A stretch of DNA of 64,000 nucleotides from an uncultured Candidatus Poseidoniales archaeon (GCA_964014545.1 CAXGZX010000001.1:9279-73278), one strand, 5' to 3'. Counted from the stretch's first letter, positions 19,707 through 30,313 are shown. The notes: a model not told the origin generated them from the letters alone. Numbers and translations: made by a program.

Positions 19707-20831
19707 TTAGAAACCGGCTCTTCTGAAATATTCGCAAACGGCTAGGAATATGAAATACACCACAATTAAGGTAATCCCTTCCCATTTCTTAAACTCATAA
19801 GAAGTTCTCATCAACAATAAAGCAATGGCGGTACTGATTATGGTTGCTGGTAAAATAACTAACATTATCATATCAGAGCCAGCATCAGTTAGATAAAGTG
19901 GATGGACCATTGATGCTATTCCAATTGACAACAATGGATCTGTTATATTCGAACCAATTAAAGTTCCAATGGCAACTCCTTGACTTCTTTTAGCAGCCAT
20001 GAAAGCAATAGTAAGTTCAGGTAAAGAAGTCCCTAGACCAGATACTACTGTACCTATTATGGAGTGAGGAATGTTCATTTCATAAGCCAAATCGCTAGCG
20101 TTTACCACCAAATGGTGAGCAGCAAATACAGCTAGAGCAAGACCAATAATCACCATAACACAGTATGCCGCACCTGACCATGATAGACTTGACATGTCAA
20201 TATTCTCGGCATCATTACCACCCTCATTATCCATTATTTCCTTACGGTTGTAAAGCAGCCATGAAATATAGGTGATGTAAAGCGTTGATAAGATAAATCC
20301 TTCAATTCTAGTTATCCCTTCGTCAGTAAGTAGGAATAATGCCATCAGCAATAGAGACAACATCATTATCAAGCCGTCTCTCTTAAGCCATGACGGTCTT
20401 ATCTTCAAACCCTTAGCAAGCGCAACAAAACCTAAAATCAAGGTTATTTGAACCAACACAGAACCTAATATACCGCCAATTGCGAAATCTGCTACCTCGG
20501 GGTTTTTATCAACATTCAATGCCGATGTAGAGGTGACTAGAATCTCAGGAAGCGAGGTGCCAATTGACACAATTGTCAACCCAATAACCACCTCAGGTAT
20601 CCCGCCTCTGCGGGCTAATCCTTTGGCGCCTTCAATAAAAAAGTCAGCTGAAACCACAAGTAAGCCCAAAGCTAATAGTAATATGAATACTGAAAACAAA
20701 ATTCCATTACCACCAAAGTTGGTCGATAATACTTGACTGGCAATTATTGCTAGGAAAAGGGCAGCCAACATCAATAGGGTATTGAACTGAAGAAGTTGGG
20801 GGATTCCCATCAACTTATTTCCCCGCGCCAT
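19707..20831 (-). CDS. Ca2+/Na+ antiporter (CaCA, YrbG-like)
   Basis: Two alpha repeats GTSLPE...GS; multiple TM helices. Confidence 0.9.
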   Translation of the reverse strand: MARGNKLMGIPQLLQFNTLLMLAALFLAIIASQVLSTNFGGNGILFSVFILLLALGLLVVSADFFIEGAKGLARRGGIPEVVIGLTIVSIGTSLPEILVTSTSALNVDKNPEVADFAIGGILGSVLVQITLILGFVALAKGLKIRPSWLKRDGLIMMLSLLLMALFLLTDEGITRIEGFILSTLYITYISWLLYNRKEIMDNEGGNDAENIDMSSLSWSGAAYCVMVIIGLALAVFAAHHLVVNASDLAYEMNIPHSIIGTVVSGLGTSLPELTIAFMAAKRSQGVAIGTLIGSNITDPLLSIGIASMVHPLYLTDAGSDMIMLVILPATIISTAIALLLMRTSYEFKKWEGITLIVVYFIFLAVCEYFRRAGF

Positions 20832-20909
20832 GCGCTTGCCAACCAGTATGACTTATTCACGATTATGTTTACCTATATTCCATAGGATAAATGAATTAAC
20901 CTTCTCGAA

Positions 20910-21527
20910 TTGGCACTAAACATGCGCACTGAATTCTTATCCGAGTTGATAGGAACTTTTGTGATGGTATTTATTGGATGCTATTCAATAAAGGCTGGCT
21001 ATTCACCAGCAATAATTTCTTTTTCTTTTGGTTTTGCAGTATTCATGGTTATTTTAATTTCAAGAAAATACAGCGGCGCACACATTAATCCGGCTGTTTC
21101 AATCGCTTTTTCAATAACTGGCCAATTAGATAAAAAAATGTTAATGCCGTATCTAACTGCTCAATTTATTGGAGGAATTGTTGCTGCATATCTGGTCGGT
21201 GGTTTTGGTGCTACAGAATTTTCAGTAAATACCAGCACAGGCATTGGAATTGAGATCTTTATCACATTTGTTTTAATGATGAGCATTTATCTAACAATTT
21301 TCAGAACAGATAGTGATTTTATTGTCGCCTTGGTAGTTGGTTCAGTAGTAGCCTGTTTAGCATTTATTTTTGGCAGCCACACCGGGGCTTCAATGAATCC
21401 AGCAAGGACACTAGGCCCTAACTTAATCTCTAATTCCATAAGTGTGATACCAATTTATTTAATTTCAACAATTTTTGGTTCTTGCCTTGCAGCATTGGCA
21501 ATAAAGAGAATAAACAGTAATAGTTAA
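20910..21527 (+). CDS. MIP-family channel (aquaporin/aquaglyceroporin)
   Basis: SGAHINPAVS and GASMNPARTLGP. Start may be ATG 20922. Confidence 0.93.
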   Translation: MALNMRTEFLSELIGTFVMVFIGCYSIKAGYSPAIISFSFGFAVFMVILISRKYSGAHINPAVSIAFSITGQLDKKMLMPYLTAQFIGGIVAAYLVGGFGATEFSVNTSTGIGIEIFITFVLMMSIYLTIFRTDSDFIVALVVGSVVACLAFIFGSHTGASMNPARTLGPNLISNSISVIPIYLISTIFGSCLAALAIKRINSNS

Positions 21528-21578
21528 CCAATTTTTATTGGCAATGTATTCAAAAGATAGATTGATTTGGGCAGTGCT

Positions 21579-21848
21579 ATGTCAGAGAAGCGAATCATGC
21601 GTAAATTGAACAAACTCGCTTCAAGAATTCACTCTAAAATAGAGACCGTCAGAGATGAAATGGACGACCTTGAGATAGAGTTTGAACTCTTGCAGAAACA
21701 AATCCAAAGATTACAAGCAAAGACTAGTAGTAAGGTAACTGCAGCAGATGAAGTAGAAGTTATCTTAGAAGTAGATGAGGACGAAGGTGATGAGGAAATT
21801 GATTTAGAGAACACATCAGCGGTAAATATCACACCGAAAAAATTCTGA
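21579..21848 (+). CDS. Small coiled-coil hypothetical protein with acidic tail
   Basis: Fills the gap between two genes; heptad-like N-terminal half, acidic C-terminal half. Confidence 0.55.
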   Translation: MSEKRIMRKLNKLASRIHSKIETVRDEMDDLEIEFELLQKQIQRLQAKTSSKVTAADEVEVILEVDEDEGDEEIDLENTSAVNITPKKF

Positions 21849-23030
21849 TTAATTCTCTGACAGCGTTGTTGCCAATCTATTAGCAATCATGTCACCAACT
21901 TGGCTACATGATGAATCTCCACCTAAGTCATAGGTTAGATGTTTACCCTCTGCTAGGTGTTGAGCCACACAGGTTTCAATTGAAGAAGCAACGTCAAGTA
22001 ATTCTTGGCTGCCATTTTTCCTTCCTAGCCAATCCATCATCATTTGTACTGAATTAATTGAGGCTATTGGGTTAACTTTGTTCATACCAGCATATTTTGG
22101 TGAAGAACCGTGAACTGGTTCGAAGAAGGCGTGTTTATCACCAATGTTACCCGAGCCTGCCATACCCATTCCACCCTGTAAAACAGCAGCAAGGTCAGTG
22201 GCAATGTCACCAAACATATTTGAGGTTACCACTACATCATAATGCTCAGGAGTTCTTGTTAACCATTGCGTAAAAGCGTCTATGTAACCGTAGTCTGTGG
22301 AAATACCTGAGTAATTTGCAGCAACTTGATCAAACGTTCTACGGAATAATTGACAACCCCTGGTTACGTTACTTTTGTCAATACATGATACTCTTTTGAC
22401 ACCATCTGAAGGAGCCCCATTGCGGGTTTTACAGATTTCGAAGCCCATTCTAACCAATCGCTCGGTTCCGTGTGAAGAAATCGGTCTTGGATCATATACG
22501 ACCTCACCCTTTAAGCCTGGAAATTCAACTTCTGGAATGACATAATCTTCCAGCCCTTGCGCTCTATTAGAAGCCCTCTTTAGCAGCGAGTGATATAACC
22601 CCTCTGTATTTTCTCGCAAAATTGTCATGTCTACCATTTCAGGCTCCCATATTTGCCTGAATTTTCCGTGAACTTTGTGCATGACACCATTAAAAAGCTT
22701 GACCGGACGAACGTTTGCGTACAAGTCTAGACCGCTCCTAAGTCCCAAGATTACCGAGCCCCCTGCAAGGTCACCGTTAGGCAAGTAAGCCCCGGGGTGA
22801 CCGATTGCGCCAAGGAATATTGCGTCTGAATCATCCCGGCAAAATTCAAATGAACCTTCTGCCCATTCTTGACCTGTTTCTTTGTAGAGTTGTCCACCAC
22901 AGGCAATTTCAGTTAAATCAAACCCAATGTTGGTATTTTCTGAGATTGTGTTGAGAATTTTAGATGCTTCAATGGCGACTTCCCTCCCTGTCCCGTCGCC
23001 CGGAAGTATTGCTATACGGTAGTCGCCCAT
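21849..23030 (-). CDS. Isocitrate/isopropylmalate/tartrate dehydrogenase family protein
   Basis: LPGDGTGREV, LYANVRP, RENTEGLY, DKSNV, NMFGDIATD, EPVHGSSP. Confidence 0.92.
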   Translation of the reverse strand: MGDYRIAILPGDGTGREVAIEASKILNTISENTNIGFDLTEIACGGQLYKETGQEWAEGSFEFCRDDSDAIFLGAIGHPGAYLPNGDLAGGSVILGLRSGLDLYANVRPVKLFNGVMHKVHGKFRQIWEPEMVDMTILRENTEGLYHSLLKRASNRAQGLEDYVIPEVEFPGLKGEVVYDPRPISSHGTERLVRMGFEICKTRNGAPSDGVKRVSCIDKSNVTRGCQLFRRTFDQVAANYSGISTDYGYIDAFTQWLTRTPEHYDVVVTSNMFGDIATDLAAVLQGGMGMAGSGNIGDKHAFFEPVHGSSPKYAGMNKVNPIASINSVQMMMDWLGRKNGSQELLDVASSIETCVAQHLAEGKHLTYDLGGDSSCSQVGDMIANRLATTLSEN

Positions 23031-23110
23031 GAATTGGCCACGGGCAACTGGTAAATGAACGAAACCCTAACAAAAAAATACAAATTAAATTGGCTTTATA
23101 AATGACTTAT

Positions 23111-25711
23111 TTAGTTGTAATATGATGCTTTTAGAATCTCAACTACATGTTCTAAAGAAGGTAGTGTATGATTTTCTAATGGTGGAGAAAAAGGCACTGG
23201 AGTATCCAAGGCACCAATTACACAAGGTGCTGACTCCAATGAATAAAAACAGGATTCTAGTATCCGACTTTGAATTGTGTGACCAAGTCCACCGCTCCAT
23301 TGACCCTCTTGTAATATAACCAACCTTCCAGTTCGCATGACTGAATCAATGCATGTTTGCGCATCGAATGGAATAATTGTCCTCAAATCAATTATTTCAA
23401 TTTCAATGCCTTCATCACTAAGCAAATCTGCTGCTTGTTGAGCGATATGGAGCATTGCTCCCCAAGTAATCAACGAGATATCACGGCCTCCTCGCACCAC
23501 TGAAGCCTTGCCAATCTTGTAATTTTCTTTCGCCTCAATCGCTGTAGTCACGCTTTTTGTGTCTACTTTTTGATTAATATTTTGACCCCATCCGGTTAAT
23601 CCACCTCGCAAACCATACAGGCCAATATGCTCGAGCATAATCACTGGGTCTGGTATTTCTGCTGCTTCCACCAACAAATCATATGCGTCCTGAGGCGTTG
23701 CTGGAGCCAAAACGATAATTCCAGGATCATTAGCAAACCATGATTCAATCATATTAGCATGGAATGGCCCTGACCTTGTTTTTGCACCTAAAGGTATACG
23801 GATAGTCATAGGGCAATCTGCTCCCCAGCGCCATCTTAGCATTGCTGCATTGTTAATTAGCGCATTGAATCCAAGTGCAGCAAACCCACCAAATTGGATT
23901 TCAACCATCGGGCGCATTCCAGATAGGGCAGCACCGATTCCAGTATGGACAATAATTGCTTCACAAAGCGGCATATCGATTAATTTCTCATCATGTCCTG
24001 CATTTTTCAGTGCGATATTCATACCAAAGGCACCAGCGACTTCCATATCTTCACCAATAAATACGCAATCATCTCCGTATCTGTTGGCAATATCAACCAT
24101 GGCTTGTTGAATTGCTCTGGCATAGGTCCATCCACCCGATTCAGCATAACTCAATGTTGAGATGCCGACTGGAAGTGCTGCTGCTTCATAGTTTGAGGTT
24201 GGATTCGAAAGTCGGTTGAGGTGGTCTTGATGAGATTCAGCGTCAGAAATACTAGTAATTCCTTTAGTTACCGTTTCTGGATTTGGCCAGTCCATGGCTA
24301 AAAGACTATCATAATCAGCCTCAACCAATTGCTTTTCTTGATTTTCCAACTCAATTATATCATCTTCACTGACGCCAAGGTTTAGCAATAATTCTCGATG
24401 GGTACTAATCGGATCTTTTGCCGCCCAATAATCCAATAATTCCCGGTCTACGTAACCGGGAGGGGTGCCTGATTCGCTACCTAAATAGAGATCATCGTGG
24501 TGGTGGGCATGTCCACAGCCTCTCATTGTTTCCACATGAATTAGGGTCGGGCCTCCGCCCTCTAAGGCAAATTCTCTAGCACATGCTACGCTTGCATACC
24601 ATGAAGCTGGATCTGAACCATCGATAGTCCAACTAGGGAACCCCATTGCTGAGGCCTTATCTGCCCAAACCTCGACTCCTGATTGATTATTAGTTGCCGT
24701 ATCCAATGCGATTTGATTATTTTGTAAAATGTAAGTTATCGGTAAACCCCGTGTTCCGGCTAAGTTCAACGCTTCCCAAAATTCCCCTGACGAAGACGCC
24801 CCCTCGCCAATACAAGCAACATGAAACCGCGATAACTTTTGTTGCCATGCAGCAAATGCCAATCCGGTCATAGTAGCACTAGCAATGGGTAAAGGCGCAG
24901 TAGGAGGTAAAACGCCCACATGCCAAGCTCCGATGTGTAAATCTCTTCCACCAGCGTCATCAAAGCCACCATTTTGATTGGAACCAACCTTACCTAGATT
25001 TGCTGCCATAACACTTAGCGGTGTATCTCCCATTGCCAATGCAAGACCAACATCACGAATCATTGGAGCAACTAAATCTCCTTGGTAACCGTTTCCGGGA
25101 GTCGCAGACAAATCAGCATTCGGATTGCTTTTCAATCCGCTAGCAACCGCAACAACGGCTTCTTGCCAAGTTGAGCGAAAACCTTTACCGCCAAATTTAC
25201 TACCGTCTGGAGTTTCAATACCATTAGTAAAAATTTCTTTCAACACCTCATCCATATATCTCGTTCGAGTCATATGACTTTGCCAATCAAGTCTTTGCGC
25301 CACGGTAATAGACATGTAGTGGGCAAGCCTCCTTAACATCAGTTTCATATCAAGTAAAAAGTGAGTGTTTCTTCTAGTAACATAAGTTTCAACATCCCTT
25401 CTTGGGATTACTTCTGATTGCTTTTCTTCCGCCATTTTAGAGTTAAGTTGAGAGATTAAACCTTTACTTAAGCCGTCAATGAAACGCTTGGAATATTTGC
25501 TCCATGAGGGTGCTTCAAACTGTTTGGGCTCAGAGGTGATTAAGTGATCCCAAATATCGGCAACAAGGGAGATTTTACCATCGTGTTGTTGGGTTACGAA
25601 TAACAAAACTTCTCTTCTTGCTGCTATCGCTAGAAGAGGTTGAGTAAAATCTAATTTTGCTTTTGGCACCCAGTCTGAGCCAAAAATCTCTGGTAACTCC
25701 CCCTGCGCCAT
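23111..25711 (-). CDS. Fused 2-oxoacid dehydrogenase E1 alpha+beta subunit with N-terminal extension
   Basis: ThDP motif GEGASS...LQNN; beta-part motifs IGEDM, DMPLCEA, VEIQFGGF, GPFHA, IDLRTIIPFD. Confidence 0.88.
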   Translation of the reverse strand: MAQGELPEIFGSDWVPKAKLDFTQPLLAIAARREVLLFVTQQHDGKISLVADIWDHLITSEPKQFEAPSWSKYSKRFIDGLSKGLISQLNSKMAEEKQSEVIPRRDVETYVTRRNTHFLLDMKLMLRRLAHYMSITVAQRLDWQSHMTRTRYMDEVLKEIFTNGIETPDGSKFGGKGFRSTWQEAVVAVASGLKSNPNADLSATPGNGYQGDLVAPMIRDVGLALAMGDTPLSVMAANLGKVGSNQNGGFDDAGGRDLHIGAWHVGVLPPTAPLPIASATMTGLAFAAWQQKLSRFHVACIGEGASSSGEFWEALNLAGTRGLPITYILQNNQIALDTATNNQSGVEVWADKASAMGFPSWTIDGSDPASWYASVACAREFALEGGGPTLIHVETMRGCGHAHHHDDLYLGSESGTPPGYVDRELLDYWAAKDPISTHRELLLNLGVSEDDIIELENQEKQLVEADYDSLLAMDWPNPETVTKGITSISDAESHQDHLNRLSNPTSNYEAAALPVGISTLSYAESGGWTYARAIQQAMVDIANRYGDDCVFIGEDMEVAGAFGMNIALKNAGHDEKLIDMPLCEAIIVHTGIGAALSGMRPMVEIQFGGFAALGFNALINNAAMLRWRWGADCPMTIRIPLGAKTRSGPFHANMIESWFANDPGIIVLAPATPQDAYDLLVEAAEIPDPVIMLEHIGLYGLRGGLTGWGQNINQKVDTKSVTTAIEAKENYKIGKASVVRGGRDISLITWGAMLHIAQQAADLLSDEGIEIEIIDLRTIIPFDAQTCIDSVMRTGRLVILQEGQWSGGLGHTIQSRILESCFYSLESAPCVIGALDTPVPFSPPLENHTLPSLEHVVEILKASYYN

Positions 25712-25755
25712 GACAAAGCCACCGGAATCTTACATACAAATTGAACGATTAATGT

Positions 25756-26490
25756 TCAGTTTACATCTACCTTAGATTCAAGGGTTTTCATCGTAACTCT
25801 AGCCACGACTATTGTAGCCAGAATTGAGGCAATAATGCCGATAATCAAGAGGATTGAGCCACTTGGAGAATCCTTGAATCCATCCATCCCCCCGCCAGAT
25901 AGAACAATTTTACCCGCAGCATGACCAAAGTAAGCATAGGCAAGTGAATATATCACGCTTGAAAGGTTTGAGATGAAGAAAACCCTTGTACTAACTGGAC
26001 TGCTGGCCATAATGTAATTTAGCCATTCATCAGGAATAATTGGCGATAATCTTACTAATACAGAGATTTGCATCGCTTCTTCATTAATTGCTAGTTCAAG
26101 ATTTTTTAACCGCTCATCTTTAGCGACCATTTCCTCAATTCTCTCCCTAAACAACCATCTTCCCAGAAGGAAAGCTAAGAGTCCCCCAATTACTGAGGCA
26201 AAGAAATTAACCACTACTGCAATCCAATAAGGAAATATTGCACCAGAGGCAACTTTCAAAATTGGGGTAGGGAACAACAAAACTACTGCAAAAGATACCA
26301 TTATGGCATAAAATATTGGCGCTAATGGCCCCAAATCTTCTACCCAATCTATAAAATCTCCAACATCTTTGAAAGCATAATACCCTACTACAAGCCAGAG
26401 TGAAACTACGCCAAGGCTGATGAATAATCTAATACGACCTGCTTTACCTTGCTTGATTTTTATTCGGCTAGTCTTTTTTGAGGAAGACAA
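25756..26490 (-). CDS. DedA/VTT (TVP38/TMEM64) family membrane protein
   Basis: FLLGRWLFR, LVRLSPIIP, multiple TM helices. Confidence 0.85.
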   Translation of the reverse strand: MSSSKKTSRIKIKQGKAGRIRLFISLGVVSLWLVVGYYAFKDVGDFIDWVEDLGPLAPIFYAIMVSFAVVLLFPTPILKVASGAIFPYWIAVVVNFFASVIGGLLAFLLGRWLFRERIEEMVAKDERLKNLELAINEEAMQISVLVRLSPIIPDEWLNYIMASSPVSTRVFFISNLSSVIYSLAYAYFGHAAGKIVLSGGGMDGFKDSPSGSILLIIGIIASILATIVVARVTMKTLESKVDVN

Positions 26491-26493
26491 TAT

Positions 26494-27594
26494 TCATTCC
26501 TCCTCATCGGCTATACCCACGATATTATCTACTGTGGGAAAAGAGTCTAAAACATCGCTTACCATTTGCGTTATATCTTCAATTTGTGTGATTAAGGTGA
26601 TGTCTTCCACAGTACCTGGCCTACCTAAACTCCACATCAATTCGTAAACCAATTCATTGGTCAGGCGGGTCAATTTCAAAACTTCTGGGTCTACTCCAAA
26701 AAGTTCATCCTCAGGCCTCAAGGCAACTAAATCTGGTTTTTCGTCCAAAACATCATCCATTATTTCCGCAACTTCATGTTCAAGAGACTCTGCTTGTTGC
26801 TCAAGAATATCTTCCATTGTGGTCATACCACCTTTGAGTTTGGTCGAACGAGCATTACCGCTACCCAATTTCTCACTCTTGGTGATTTCATTTAGGGTGG
26901 TAGAAGTTGCCTGATTGGATTGATTATTTTCAGCTTGCTCGGGATTACTAGGCAAAGAATTAGGGTCAACATCTTGAACTAGGTTGTTTAGGGCAATTCT
27001 AAGCATTGCAGCCATAGTTGAAGGGTCAAACATATCTTGTACTTCGATTCCTTCTTCATCCATTTGAACTAAGATTTCATCAATAAAACCCGGGTTGATT
27101 TTCTCTGGTCCAACCAAACCTTTCAACATAGGTAAGGCCCAAGTCGAGTCTCCCATGAGCATAGCAACATCAAAACTCCCTCCACCAGAATTTGGCCCTG
27201 CTACATCAGCAGGTGGTGGTACAAACTGCTTTCTTGCATGTTTGTTTAATTGCTGAATTAAAATGTTCATATCTATCGGTTTGGTTATCACTTCAGAAAT
27301 TCCGGCTTTGGCGGCTGATACCATGTATTCTTGACCTGAATTTCGAGACAGCACTACGATTCTGCACTTGAAAGCAAATTCAGGGTCTGCCATCAATCTT
27401 TGAGCTGCGTCAATTGCATCGCCAGATTTCCATTCTCCATCGATTAATACAACCTCTGGCATTGTTGCTAATGCCGTCCCCTCTGCTTGCCTAAGGGTTC
27501 CTGCCCTAGTGATTTCAAAGCCCTCACGCTCCAACGTGTTGGCAAGTAGGGTACGTCTACCTTCATTCTCGTCTGCAACGATAACCTTAGCCAG
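26494..27594 (-). CDS. Response-regulator receiver domain protein with acidic C-terminal domain; probable CTG start
   Basis: Frame extends 60 nt upstream of the track start: LAKVIVADENEGRRTLLANTLEREGFE...VVLIDGEW...VLSR...ITKPI. GGGGGG lies upstream of CTG 27594, with an in-frame TAA just beyond. Confidence 0.8.
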   Translation of the reverse strand: MAKVIVADENEGRRTLLANTLEREGFEITRAGTLRQAEGTALATMPEVVLIDGEWKSGDAIDAAQRLMADPEFAFKCRIVVLSRNSGQEYMVSAAKAGISEVITKPIDMNILIQQLNKHARKQFVPPPADVAGPNSGGGSFDVAMLMGDSTWALPMLKGLVGPEKINPGFIDEILVQMDEEGIEVQDMFDPSTMAAMLRIALNNLVQDVDPNSLPSNPEQAENNQSNQATSTTLNEITKSEKLGSGNARSTKLKGGMTTMEDILEQQAESLEHEVAEIMDDVLDEKPDLVALRPEDELFGVDPEVLKLTRLTNELVYELMWSLGRPGTVEDITLITQIEDITQMVSDVLDSFPTVDNIVGIADEEE

Positions 27595-27707
27595 TTCAAG
27601 CCCCCCTTAAGTAAGGAAAACTAAGTCGGACATTTGAACCTCATGCTAAATTTTCTAGACAGAAGCCAAAATAACTAGACCTCATAAATTTTCGAATACT
27701 GCGGAAT

Positions 27708-28862
27708 TTACTCGACATCTGCGGGTAGAGCATTATTCCAAGCCATTATTCCACCATCTAAATTGTATAATTTATTACCATCATAACCCACATTCATCAA
27801 GTACATAGCTGCCATTTGAGACCTCATCCCACTACGACATAGCAATATTACATCACTATCTTTGGGAATTGAATCTACTTTTGACAATATGTCCTCATGA
27901 TTCACCTGCAGATCTGTGAAAGAGATGCGCATTTGAGAATATTCCATATCTGATCGGACATCGAGTAAAAATGGTTGCCATCCAGACTCTTTCCTACCCT
28001 TATACTCAGACATTGACAAGTGTTTGAACATAACACCTCCAGTGTTAATCGGTTCTTGAATATCTCCTTTTCCAGCAACGGCATTTTTGCACCACCCATT
28101 TTCCTCAAACATAGCTCTTACTTGATTTATGTCAACCTCGGGTGTCGCTGCATTTTTGGCATACTTTAGCGTTCTAAAGTCCATTGATTCCGCATCATAT
28201 AGCAATAGTCTGCCAGATAACGTTTCACCATTGCCGATTATGATTTTCAGCACCTCTGTAGCTTGTATTGAACCAATGACACCAGGTAAAACACCAAACA
28301 CTCCGCCTTCAGCACAAGAAGGTATTGAGTTACTAGGAGGTGGTTCGGGGAATAAATCACGGTAGCAAGGACCGTTGTTATAATTAAACAAACTTACCTG
28401 TCCTTCAAATCTATAGATTGAACCATAGACCCATGGGATGGAGTTAATTCTACACATATCATCGATTAAATAACGAGTTGGTATGTTATCAGTCCCATCT
28501 ACAACGATGTCATAATCAGAAAATATTTCTTTAGCATTATCAGGAGTTAGCCTTTGATTCCAAAACTCAACCTTGATAGTTGGGTTTAATTCCAAGACTC
28601 TGTTTTTTGCCGATTCTGCCTTACTTTGACCGAGTTTGGATTCAGCATGAATTACTTGTCTTTGAAGATTAGAGAGTTCAATATTATCGTCATCAATTAT
28701 ACCAATTTTACCAACACCAGCAGCAGCTAGGTAAAGTATAACCGGACTACCAAGGCCTCCAGCCCCAATAACCAACACCTTTGATTGAGATATTTTTTCT
28801 TGCCCCGCATGGCCAACACTGGGTAAGGAAATATGTCTAGCATATCTCTGCAAGTCGACCAT
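27708..28862 (-). CDS. moeB: MoeB/ThiF (E1-like) adenylyltransferase fused to rhodanese
   Basis: RYARH, GAGGLG, SNLQRQ, DGTDN, PSCAEGGVFGVLPG; rhodanese LDVR...CRSGMRS. Start ATG 28862. Confidence 0.9.
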   Translation of the reverse strand: MVDLQRYARHISLPSVGHAGQEKISQSKVLVIGAGGLGSPVILYLAAAGVGKIGIIDDDNIELSNLQRQVIHAESKLGQSKAESAKNRVLELNPTIKVEFWNQRLTPDNAKEIFSDYDIVVDGTDNIPTRYLIDDMCRINSIPWVYGSIYRFEGQVSLFNYNNGPCYRDLFPEPPPSNSIPSCAEGGVFGVLPGVIGSIQATEVLKIIIGNGETLSGRLLLYDAESMDFRTLKYAKNAATPEVDINQVRAMFEENGWCKNAVAGKGDIQEPINTGGVMFKHLSMSEYKGRKESGWQPFLLDVRSDMEYSQMRISFTDLQVNHEDILSKVDSIPKDSDVILLCRSGMRSQMAAMYLMNVGYDGNKLYNLDGGIMAWNNALPADVE

Positions 28863-28903
28863 GCTTAGCCGAGGAAACTCTGATTCATCAATTAGAAGGT
28901 TGT

Positions 28904-29833
28904 TCAATGAACATATTCTTCCAGCCATTTTTCTGCATCCATGGCTGCCTGGCAGCCCATTCCAGCAGCAGTAATTGCTTGTTTATACCTGGTATCGACT
29001 ACGTCTCCTGCGGCAAACACTCCGTCAACAGAAGTCATAGTGTGTTGTTTGTGGACGATATATCCGTTCTCATCTGTTTCAATTTGTTCTCCAAGGAAAG
29101 CCGTTATCGGTTTGTGGCCAATCGCAATAAAGGCACCAGTGGCACTGATTTCTTCTAGTGAACCATCTCTTGGATCTTCAAGTATTGCGCCTGTTAAACC
29201 GTTTTCATCAGCCTTCCATTCTTTGACTTGACTAAATGTCTTAATTTCGATTTTATCATTATTGGCAGCTCTCTCATACATTATGGTACTGGCTTTGAAT
29301 ACATCCCGGCGGTGAATCAGTGTTACTTTAGATGCAAATCTGGTCAAGAAGGTAGCCTCTTCGCAGGCTGAATCGCCACCACCAATTACCAAAACCTCTT
29401 CATTTTTGAAAAATGCACCATCACAAGTAGCGCAAGTTGAGATTCCTCGACCTTTTTGTTCTGCTTCCCCAGGAGCATTAAGCCATATTGATTCTGCACC
29501 TGTTGAAATAATGATACTGTGAGTTAGAAATTCTTCTCCTTCAACAGTTACCTTGTAAGGTCGCTTAGACAAATCAACGGATTCTACATTGCGGTCTTGC
29601 ACCTCCAAACCAAACCTTTCGGCTTGAGAACGCAATTCCATCATCATTTCAGGACCGCCAATACCCTCTGGGTAGCCAGGAAAGTTTTCAATATCAGAAG
29701 TCAACATGAGTTGCCCACCAGACATGTAACCGGCGAACATCAAAGGGTCAAGCATGGCTCTAGCAGAATATAACCCCGCAGTATAACCTGCTGGCCCCGA
29801 ACCAATAATTACTACATTCCTAACCTCACTCAT
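28904..29833 (-). CDS. trxB: Thioredoxin-disulfide reductase
   Basis: GSGPAGYTA, CATCDG, GGGDSA, HRRD, AAGDV..QAITAAG. Confidence 0.96.
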   Translation of the reverse strand: MSEVRNVVIIGSGPAGYTAGLYSARAMLDPLMFAGYMSGGQLMLTSDIENFPGYPEGIGGPEMMMELRSQAERFGLEVQDRNVESVDLSKRPYKVTVEGEEFLTHSIIISTGAESIWLNAPGEAEQKGRGISTCATCDGAFFKNEEVLVIGGGDSACEEATFLTRFASKVTLIHRRDVFKASTIMYERAANNDKIEIKTFSQVKEWKADENGLTGAILEDPRDGSLEEISATGAFIAIGHKPITAFLGEQIETDENGYIVHKQHTMTSVDGVFAAGDVVDTRYKQAITAAGMGCQAAMDAEKWLEEYVH

Positions 29834-29911
29834 TATCTCACCGACAAGTCAAATAGGCAATAAGCACCTATTGAATCTTTACATCGTAAAATTATAATTT
29901 AGCCAGACGTT

Positions 29912-30313
29912 CTACAAATTATTCATAGTAACCACAGCATTGACTGCGGCTCTAGCATGAGGCTCTAATCTTGGTTCAATATGACGCTCCTCCGCGCCAG
30001 GACCAATAATTCCTAGGCCAATTGGTTTGTTAAATTCAAGTTGCAGTTCAATAATTGTTTGAATCACGCCGTGACCCATTGCTGCGCCGTGTTGGGTTTC
30101 ACCCTTTTCTATAATACCTAAACAGATTGCACCTTCAAGTTCAGCATTCTGTGTTAGTGCTCGTTTTAGTGCTAGGGGCACTTCCATTGAACCCGGTACC
30201 CACACGATTTCACTAATCTCTAGAGAATGCATAGCAGCTTCTTCTTTAGCATAATCTAACATCATTTCAATCTCAGTTTTGTGATATGAACCACAAACAG
30301 CAACTATTCCCAT
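29912..30313 (-). CDS. ribH: 6,7-dimethyl-8-ribityllumazine synthase
   Basis: VPGSMEVP, CLGIIEKGETQH, KPIGLGIIGPG. Confidence 0.92.
   Translation of the reverse strand: MGIVAVCGSYHKTEIEMMLDYAKEEAAMHSLEISEIVWVPGSMEVPLALKRALTQNAELEGAICLGIIEKGETQHGAAMGHGVIQTIIELQLEFNKPIGLGIIGPGAEERHIEPRLEPHARAAVNAVVTMNNL

Noticed and set aside
27649..27670. 22-nt intergenic near-repeat AATTTTCTAGACA.AAGC.AAA, also at about 33478-33499
   Set aside because: Only two AT-rich copies, in opposite orientation relative to their downstream genes; could be chance.
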